DNA of 64,000 nucleotides from Octopus sinensis (lineage: Eukaryota), in assembly GCF_006345805.1 (NCBI RefSeq), contig NW_021835465.1, positions 1 to 64,000 on the forward strand, read 5' to 3'. Positions 54,754 to 64,000 of this stretch are shown piece after piece. Under the pieces are notes generated by a model, which saw nothing but the letters and a program-made list of their open reading frames with translations, was not told the origin of the DNA and made no database searches. Numbering within the stretch: position 1 is the stretch's first letter; each line of letters opens with the position of its first letter. Position numbers and translations under genes: made by a program.

Positions 54754-55913
54754 GTCGCCCTTTTCAAGCCTAGCCAGACTCATGGGCCCGGTTTCCCGGT
54801 TCCTGTGGCGTATGTGTTCCCCCTACCCAGCTGGACGGGACGCCAGTCCATCGCAGCGTTACTCAAGAAACAAGAGAGAGTGAGAGAAAGTTGTGGCGAA
54901 AGAGTACAACAGGGGTCACCATCACCCTCTGCCAGAGCCTTGTGAAGCTTTTTTTAAGTGTTTTCGCTCAATAAACACACAACGCCCGGTCTGGGAATCA
55001 AAACCGCGATCCGCTGCCCTAACCACTGGCCATTGCGCCTCCACGTTATATATATATATATATATATATACATACGTGTGTGTGTGTGGTATGTATGTAT
55101 GTATGTATGTATATGCATATATATATGTGTGTATGTGTATGTGTATATAAATGCATTAGAAATGCATACACACAAATACGCATGCGCATATCGCGCATCT
55201 TTCTAATCTATAATTCTCCTATCTCTTTCTCTTCCTCACTCTTTATATACATTCATACATGCATACATACATACACCCACACCCACCCCACCCACCCACA
55301 CACACACACACACACAACACACACACACACCACACACACACACACACACATATAAATGTATGAATACTTTCTGCTGATCTATATCCAAATCTCATGCGTG
55401 TTATACACCTGGTGGTGAACTATCGAAGAGGAGATAATTTCTTTCCAGATTAAGTTGAGACGGGTTTGAAATTTCAATCAAAGAATAATATATACATACA
55501 TATGTGTGTGTGTGTGTATGTGTGTGTGTATATATATATATGTGTGTGTGTGTGTATGTATGTATGTATATATATATATATATATAAAACGTCGCCCTTT
55601 TCAAGCCTAGCCAGACTCATGGGCCCGGTTTCCCGGTTCCTGTGGCGTATGTGTTCCCCCTACCCAGCTGGACGGGACGCCAGTCCATCGCAGCGTTACT
55701 CAAAAAACAAGAGAGAGTGAGAGAAAGTTGTGGCGAAAGAGTACAACAGGGGTCACCATCACCCTCTGCCAGAGCCTTGTGAAGCTTTTTTTAAGTGTTT
55801 TCGCTCAATAAACAAACAACGCCCGGTCTGGGAATCAAAACCGCGATCCGCTGCCCTAACCACTGGGCCATTGCGCCTCCACGTTATATATATATATATA
55901 TATATATACATAC

Positions 55914-55945
<32 letters not shown>

Positions 55946-56123
55946 ATGTATATGCATATATATATGTGTGTATGTGTATGTGTATATAAATGCATTAGAA
56001 ATGCATACACACAAAATACGCATGCGCATATCGCGCATCTTTCTAATCTATAATTCTCCTATCTCTTTCTCTTCCTCACTCTTTATATACATTCATACAT
56101 GCATACATACATACACCCACACC

Positions 56124-56165
<42 letters not shown>
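54531..56165. repeat. Tandem duplication of an ~820-bp unit (54531-55349 and 55350-~56165)
   Basis: Non-microsatellite parts are near-identical. Confidence 0.93.
54751..55044 (-). mobile_element. SINE family C head and body with an alternative tail (C2); duplicate at 55588-55882
   Basis: Diverges from family C after CTTTCTCTCACTC into GCTGCGATGGACTGGCGTCCCGTCCAG.. Confidence 0.85.
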
Positions 56166-56169
<4 letters not shown>

Positions 56170-56274
56170 CTAGTCGTCACACTGCAGCCTTGGGCACCGC
56201 CTTAAAGAATTTTTAGTGAAACGTATTACCCTCAGTATTTATATTTTTGAAGCCTGCTACTTTTTCTATTGGTT

Positions 56275-56332
<58 letters not shown>

Positions 56333-56637
56333 CACACACCCATACATATATATACACGACAGGCTTCTTTCAGTTTCCGTCAACCAAATCCACTACCAAG
56401 ACTCTGGTCGGCTCGAGGTTAAAATGGAAGACACTTGCCCAAGATGCCATGCTGTGGAAACGAACCCGGAACCATGTGGTTGGGAAACAAACTTCTTACT
56501 ACACAACCAGGTTGTGATATCAGGGATACCTTGTTGCTATATCTAACAGACTGATGGATCAAATAAAAACTCCGTCTGAGGCCCACGTCGGTCTTAATGA
56601 TAATATTGGTAATATTTTTGGTGTTATATATTACCGA

Positions 56638-56864
56638 TTTCTTTACTACCCACAAGGGGCTAAACACAGAGGAGACAAACGGACAGACAGACGGATTCAG
56701 TCGATTATATTGACCCCAGTGAGTAACTGGTACTTAATTTATCGACCCCGAAAGGATGAAAGGCAAAGTCGACCTCGGCGGAATTTGAACTCAGAACGTA
56801 ACGGCAGTCGAAATATGGCTACGCATTTCGCCGAGCGTGCTAACGTTTCTGCCAGCTCGCCGCC
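56638..56864 (-). mobile_element. SINE family A, tail-1, with 20-bp TSD
   Basis: TTGGTGTTATATATTACCGA at 56618-56637 and 56865-56884. Confidence 0.95.
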
Positions 56865-57367
56865 TTGGTGTTATATATTACCGAGTCATCTCTGATCAAA
56901 AGCGCTCTAGACTTGACCATGTATTCTTCCGATGCATAAAATGGACTCAGGGAAATTATGGATGTTATTTGTAACAAACCGAATGCTATGTCCCCTTCAT
57001 TGATGCGTCGTCATAACGATGACTTTAGAACCGAATAAAGGGCTGCGTTGGCAAAATTTCACGGCGAGACCCTATAGGTAAGGATATGGGGACGTATATT
57101 TATGCGCCAGTGGACAATTGTTGCCTTTTCGCTTTGGGGGGAAGGGCGCCAATACACTGTCGCATGCGTTGCTGAGAATAGCTGTGTCTTAAGTCTCTGC
57201 CTGCCACACTGAGAAATGTATTCCTAGATAAACTGTGGTTGAATAACAAAAGATGAGTTAGATAAAAGTGGAACATGTTTGAGAGTAGTCTACAATGGAT
57301 CAAGTCTGAACTGAGGCTATAACAGCAACAGCAACTACTACTACCACCACCATCACTACCACCACCG

Positions 57368-57402
<35 letters not shown>

Positions 57403-57489
57403 GCCGCCGCCGCCGCCACCACCACCACCACCACCACTACTACTACTACTGCCGCCGCCGCCACCACCACCACCACCACCACCACCACC

Positions 57490-57528
<39 letters not shown>

Positions 57529-59262
57529 GCTGCTGCTACTGCTGCTGCTGCTGCTGCCGCCGCCGACGCCACCACCACCACCACCACCATCACCACCACC
57601 ACCACCACCACCACCGGATCTCTGTGTACCTTTCACGATGTTAATACTATGGCAAGCATTCAAACCCCCCAAATCGCACCGATTGTTGTATTCCGGTCAA
57701 CTTTTGAAAGCAAAAAATAAAAGCGTGCGTCTGAAGGAAACGGAATCTCCATGAATGCACACCATCGACCCAAAGCAACAGTCATGTCTTTCTCCAACTC
57801 TCTTTAAAAGAAAGTTACACATTAAATAACGTATTTCTCAATCGTAGCGCAGTATGATCTTGTCCACCCTGTATTGTATCCCGGGTGACTGCACCTCTCC
57901 TTAAACTTATCACACCTTCGACTACAGTGAACACCCGTATGTAAAGTGAACTTCTGTTCTTCACATACCCTGTATACCCCAGACTACGCTGCTGGTTCTA
58001 AAAAATCCCTAAAAGACGAGATGGCTAAATACGTTTGCATATAAATCGACTCGGTCAGAGTTGACATGGAGGAGACTAAATATTCACGATAACAACACCA
58101 TCATCATCATGATCATCATGATCATCATGATCATCATCACCATCAACAACACCATCATCATAATCGACATTATCGTTATCGTCATTATCATCATCATCAT
58201 CAGCAGCAGCAGCAACATCATCAGTAACAGCAACATCGACAGTAACAAGAAGAAAGAAAAGTGTAGAATATGGGAAAGCTTTTTCAGCCTCGTGGCGATT
58301 GATGTCTGCTCTCAGTTTGACCGTAGTTTTAGTCACGCCAGTAAACTTTTGTCTAAAATATGGAAGCACGTTCATCAATCACTCCAATACAATTTTCACA
58401 ACGCTGAGATCACCAATCGTAGCTATCTTCCATTAATTCCATGTATTAAAGAAAGATGAAATAGTTTTTGAAATCGATATTCAGTTTGTGTTATTCTCTG
58501 CACTATTGCCTGGCTCATTTCATTTAGTGAAGAGAGGCGACCGACAGACCAGTTTAGATTTTTCAGTGACAGAATTTCTTTCAATTCGTTCAATCATGTC
58601 TGTGGTTTGTTGTTGTAGCTATTATGGTCATCCATATATTTAGACATCACTGAATGCTTCATTTGCAGTTCTCGACAAATGTCGGAATCAAATTAGAGAT
58701 AATCACGTGATGTTGGGAGGTTTGGATTTCTTCCTTTAGTTCCATTTACACTGCACTAAAAATGGATATTTGAGCCCATCATAGGTCTTTAGTAAGCAAA
58801 AAAGACAACAACAACAACAACAGCAGCAACAACAACAGACAGAGAAATCAAGCAACCGAAAAAGAAGGCAAAGAAGCAAGCATCGCAAAAACAAGGCGAA
58901 ATAGAAGAGAATCTGCGCAATGCAATATTGGTTTTACAATTTAAATCTCATCTGAAACATAAATATCGTTATCGATCGATTAAAGCAAACAACATTTAAA
59001 CATACCAATGGGAGAGCGCCTGCGTGGTTGGATCAACCGGCTAGAAATGGTAGCTAAATCTTTCTCAATACACAACCTGCTATTTCAGAAACCAAAAAGG
59101 AAAAAGAAAAAAAGCATTCAATAATGCTTAGTATATAAGAGAGATGGTCATGAAAAGATCGACTGCCCAATATAAACAGCATTATACAGCTATATATTAC
59201 AAAAAGACAGAAGCCCTACGATTGAAGCGCTTTTGAAGGGTTAGGGTGTTCCACCCATTACC

Positions 59263-59496
59263 TATTTCTTTATTACCCACAAGGGGCTAAACACAGAGGG
59301 GACAAACAAGGACAGACATGGGTATTAAGTCGATTACATCGACCCCAGTGCGTAACTGGTACTTAATTTATCGACCCCGAAAGGATGAAAGGCAAAGTCG
59401 ACCTCGGCGGAATTTGAACTCACAACGTAATGCAGACGAAATATCGCTAAGCATTTCGCCCGGCGTGCTAACGTTTCTGCCAGCTCGCCGCCTTCG
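59263..59496 (-). mobile_element. SINE family A, tail-1, with 10-bp TSD
   Basis: ACCCATTACC at 59253-59262 and 59497-59506. Confidence 0.95.
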
Positions 59497-60169
59497 ACCC
59501 ATTACCACAAGGTAGTAGATTCAAAATCTGTATCGGTCGGTACGTTGAGTCCTTGAGCAAGGCACTCCATTACCAGTTGACTGAACTAAAAATGAATCCC
59601 AGCCGGTCGCTAGAGCAGCTCTTTCTCCCTCCAGCTGTCATATTCTCGTTGTTTCACCGGCTCAAGAATGAGAAAACCGTCAGTATAACTATGTCAGCTC
59701 TCGACTACACAGGCACCTAAAAAAATTAACGAAAACACGGTACACGTTGTAAAGCCATACTTGCTCGCGAGTGACGACTGGCTCAACTGTACAGTACAGT
59801 ACATAAATGTGTGCGTTTAAGGAGCGCTGGTTTGTGGCTAAGCAGCTAAACCATTAACTACAACAGTAACAGCAACATTTAAACAATACTATATGATACG
59901 ATAAAATTACTGTCTTTAGGAATAATGAGAATAATGTATCAAAAGTGAAAATAATGCCGAAAGAACACCATAATTAGCTTCGAGGATGTGAATAAACAGC
60001 TGAAACGGGAGGCTTTTAATGACAGCCAAGATTTGATCAGTCAGCATCCATTTGGAGAAGGATATATAAAAAGTGTATGTGGGGGGGGGGGAGAACCAAT
60101 AGCATTTATAAGCTAGAATGAAAAACAATAACCCTCGTTATTCCAGGCCATGTGACCTCTGGTCCATTC

Positions 60170-60237
60170 TTCTTCTTCTTCTTCTTCTTCTTCTTTTTCT
60201 TCTTCTTCTTCTTTTCTTCTTCTTCTTCTTCTTCTTC

Positions 60238-60269
<32 letters not shown>

Positions 60270-60470
60270 CTTCTTCTTTTTTTTCTTCTTCTTCTTCTTC
60301 TTTCCTTCTTCTTCTTCTTCTGCTTCTTCTTCTTCTTTTTCTTCTTCTTCTTCTGCTTCTTCTTCTTCTTCTTCTTCTTCTTTTTTTCTTCTTCTTCTTC
60401 TGCTTCTTCTTCTTCTTCTTCTTCTTCTTCTTCTTCTTCGTCTTCTTCTTCTTCGTCGTCGTCGTCGTCG

Positions 60471-60508
<38 letters not shown>

Positions 60509-60510
60509 GT
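60170..60510. repeat. (TTC)n grading into (CGT)n and (CAT)n
   Basis: Read directly from the sequence. Confidence 0.95.
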
Positions 60511-60975
60511 GGTCGTCTTATTTCTGTTTTTCCTTGCCTTCTTTAAGCTCACAGTCGGACATTATGGTTCAACACCAGAATGGAGAAAGCTAACCAGGAA
60601 ATTACAGACTCAAGTTATGAATGGAACTGTCAAAATTAGTAAAACTTTCCAGAAGTTTAGCGTTTAAATGTATTTGCACATGTCTCGACACACAACTACA
60701 TGCGAATACATACATAAAACAAAGCATACAAATCTACACATGCACCGTGCAGTAACTTTGTGTGAGCATGGCTTGTAACTCCAAATATTGTTCACGCACA
60801 GAAAAACATGCAGAAATACCCTGTTGATATTGAAGTTCCAGTGAAGGGACCTTGGTTAGAAATAGGTTCCTTCTTTATTGGTAAGAAATCTTGAAATAAA
60901 ACATACATACATATATGCATATATACATATATACATATATATGCATATATACATATATACATATATGCATATAAA

Positions 60976-61206
60976 GGCGGCGAGCTGGCAGACACGTTAG
61001 CGCACCGGGCGGAATACTTAGCGGTATTTCGTCTGTCGTTACGTTCTGAGTTCAAATTCCGCCGAGGTCGACTTTGCCTTTCATCCTTTCGGGGTCGATA
61101 AATAAAAGTACCAGTTTCGCACTGGGGTCGATGTAATCGACTTAATCCGTTTGTTTGTCCTTGTTCGTCCTCTCTATGTTTAGCCCCTTGTGGGTAATAA
61201 AGAAAT
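60976..61206 (+). mobile_element. SINE family A, tail-1
   Basis: Matches family consensus; inserted in an ATATATGCATAT repeat. Confidence 0.93.
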
Positions 61207-61795
61207 ATATATGCATATATACATATATACATACAAGAGAAAGAAGACATCTGTCGACCATTAATAAGGAGTTTTCAAATCCAGTACCCAAGATACACCT
61301 TTCAGCTTCATACCCACTATTATTGGAGCAACAGGATACATACCGACCTGTCTGGAGCAAAGTATGGCTGAACTTGGGTTCTTGGGGAGTGAGAAAGAAA
61401 ATCCTTAATTCACGATATCTTGGATCATAAAAATCTGCAAGACCTTAAGAGTTGAGGTAAGATGAAGAAAACGATATGCTTTCCTTCACAAGCTGGCCAC
61501 CACGTATTTGGCGGGTCAAAATTTATTCTGAATTAAAAAGCGAAAGAGAAGAACGTACATACATACAAACATACATGCTTAACAGCTACGATATTACTTT
61601 TACAGCAAGTTGGACAAAGGCGTTGTGCATTATATAACGTTTTACAACCCCACAGTATATTGTCTTCACAGTCAGACGAACTAAGATGTTTCATATTAAG
61701 GTTGTTTCCAAATACACAGCAATGTTATGTTCTCGTATTCGAACCCTGCACTTGCGTTCGCAGTTCATGAATTGGTTCTCTCGGACATCATTACT

Positions 61796-62160
61796 TTATT
61801 ACCTCCGTCGTTAAGGTACAGTTTTCAGTCGTGTTTGTTTGTTTGTCCGTGGACAAGATATCTCAAGAACCGCTGGATGGATTTAGATGAAATTTTCAGG
61901 GATGTTTGGCTTCATGACTGGCATGAACTGATTAGAATTTGGGATCGATCCGTTGCCGGACAAGGATTCTGGATTAATTTTCCCTTTTTTTTTTTCTTTT
62001 ACTTAATTTTTGTGAGTGGTCGGGTTCATTTTTAGTATTCTCATTTGTGAGAGTAGTCGAGTTTATTTCAGATATTCTCATTTAAAAAATCCTCTCTGAC
62101 TAATCGTTGAGAGGACGTTGGTGTTGCCTTGACGGAGGTTTGCACTCCCTGAGTGTTTTT
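61796..62160 (+). mobile_element. Helentron/DINE-like non-autonomous element
   Basis: Subterminal inverted repeat ACCTCCGTC (61801-61809) / GACGGAGGT (62131-62139), 3' hairpin CACTC-CCT-GAGTG, T-rich flanks. Confidence 0.75.
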
Positions 62161-62668
62161 GTTACTTTTGTAGTTTTCCTTATGATGTCATTACAGTACG
62201 TAACAGCAGTACGACAGAAGCTCTATTACGTACTGTAATGATACAACAGCGTCATTGATATTAAATAGTCATTAGAAAATTTACTCTTTTGCACTAATTA
62301 GCAAACATGAAACCGAAGCGAAGTACGTTCCGTTCTCTACAGAATTTTAGGCGAGTGCGCGCGCAGAAGTGCACATACGTACAAGCACGTGCACATCAAC
62401 TACCACACATACAACTACATTCTAATACAATTTCACACAGTCATAAAGGCACAAATACACGCAAGCAACCATGCACAAATATATACACATTTATTTTCCT
62501 ATACTTGCATTGTCAACATGTGGTTACTAACAAATTTAGTTAATTGCTAATAAATATTAATACTGTGCATGAATGTATATTCATATGTATGTATGTATAT
62601 ATGTATGTATGTATGTATGTATGTAATAAACACCATATATATATAAAATATAATGTGATATATATATA

Positions 62669-62708
<40 letters not shown>

Positions 62709-63210
62709 TCTTTACTCTTTTACTTGCTCATTCATTTGACTGTTGGCCGAAATCTGCCTTTCAGCTCCTGACCCTCGTCGTGTTAACATCGTTGTGCTTC
62801 GTCCGCCGCTATAAAGGCTTTTTCCAATGCGCCAGAGAAAAAATTTGTTTGCTTGTTATCAGTCGTAAGACACTTGTTGTTTTCACCGTTAATGCTTCTG
62901 TATTTCATGTTTCTGTATTCCATTATTGTTTTTTATATCTGTCCCTTTTGCTGTCCTGGTGTTCGTATGCATTCGATCCTTCTTCCAGGAAATCTACGCT
63001 TCCAGCTTAGTTTTTCTAATGCTCGTTGCTTAGTTTTTCTTGGAGGGCTGGCCGTGATCTAGTAATCTCAAGATTAATCAGCCGAAATTACTACGATGAT
63101 CCGGTTCTTGACTGAAGACTGAGGGGTTCGAATGTCCTGTCCATGTTTATTGTATCGTCTTCTATGAGTTATACGTTCTTGTCCATGTTGTATTTTTCTA
63201 CATACCTTAA

Positions 63211-63274
<64 letters not shown>

Positions 63275-63275
63275 C

Positions 63276-63311
<36 letters not shown>

Positions 63312-63312
<1 letters not shown>

Positions 63313-63599
63313 AACAATTGCAGCGTGGAAGGTGTTTATAAGCCATTTAAGAAACACACAAAAGCCGTTCGATTCACTCCAACATTTAAGTTTAATTTGT
63401 CAAAATATTTCGTCGCTAAAATCCGCGACCTGTTCACTGACAAAGTCCGTGCTGCAGCACGGACTTTGTCAGTGAACAGGTCGCGGTCTTAAAGCGACGA
63501 AAATATTTTGACAAATTAAACTTAAATGTTGGAATGAATCGAACGGCTTTTGTGTGTTTCTTAAATGGCTTATAAACACCTTCCACGCTGCAATTGTTT
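63312..63599. repeat. Near-perfect 288-bp spacerless palindrome (fold-back of a pLTR-type repeat)
   Basis: Centre CTG|CAG at 63454/63455; arms of about 143 bp with few mismatches. Confidence 0.97.
63465..63515 (+). ncRNA. Type I hammerhead-like motif with swapped G3-C8 core pair
   Basis: TTTGTCA-GTGAACA-G-GTCGC-loop-GCGAC-GAA-AATATT-T-TGACAAA: 7-bp stem I, 5-bp stem II, palindromic stem III. Confidence 0.65.
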
Positions 63600-63654
63600 T
63601 CGTTTCAGCACATGATCTCAGATCAATTACTTGCTATGCGAGTACATCTCCGTA

Positions 63655-63711
<57 letters not shown>

Positions 63712-63769
63712 TATTTATGTGTGTATATATATATATGTATATATATGTATGCATATATATATATATCTA

Positions 63770-63836
<67 letters not shown>

Positions 63837-63880
63837 ATATATATATATATATGAAAAAACAAGTAAAAAATAGAAAATGC

Positions 63881-63926
<46 letters not shown>

Positions 63927-64000
63927 TCATATATGTATATATAGTAAAAAATTACAAAAAAGAAAAACAAAAGACGAAGACGGGTGTGTAAACAACAAAC

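Noticed and set aside
57100-57672. 190-aa Gly/Ser-rich ORF
   Set aside because: Arises from mixed (ACC)/(ACT)/(GCC)n; flanks show no protein-like sequence or convincing splice context
58061-58459. His/Gln-rich stretch resembling a transcription-factor low-complexity region
   Set aside because: The His-rich frame is closed by TAA at both ends; the open frame is poly-Ile from (ATC)n

Overview
AT-rich, microsatellite-saturated animal DNA with no recognisable host protein-coding gene and no rRNA, true tRNA or CRISPR array. The repeat families and (TA)n/(CA)n/(TACA)n/(TCTA)n/(AAT)n load look like an octopus genome; this is recall, not a database result. Nearly all ORF-track entries are microsatellite translations. 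The window is a nested transposon landscape: four tRNA-headed SINE families (labelled A-D here), L1/Tx1-type, RLE (R4/Dong-like), CR1 and RTE LINE fragments, Penelope-like relics, Helitrons and a Helentron, plus Tigger, mariner and Gypsy relics. Highlights: (1) about ten minimal hammerhead-ribozyme motifs of the Penelope pLTR type. One has a compensatory G3-C8 core swap inside a 288-bp near-perfect palindrome (63312-63599). Another forms the 3' tail of a tRNA-headed SINE (family D, two independent copies). (2) L1/Tx1-type LINEs associated with (TCTA)n or (ATC)n, and RLE LINEs associated with (AAT)n, whose tails appear to recreate their own target. (3) A 32/36-nt match between the SINE-A tail and the L1/Tx1 3' end, pointing to a SINE-LINE partnership. 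Boundaries were read by eye and are approximate unless a TSD or terminus is quoted.
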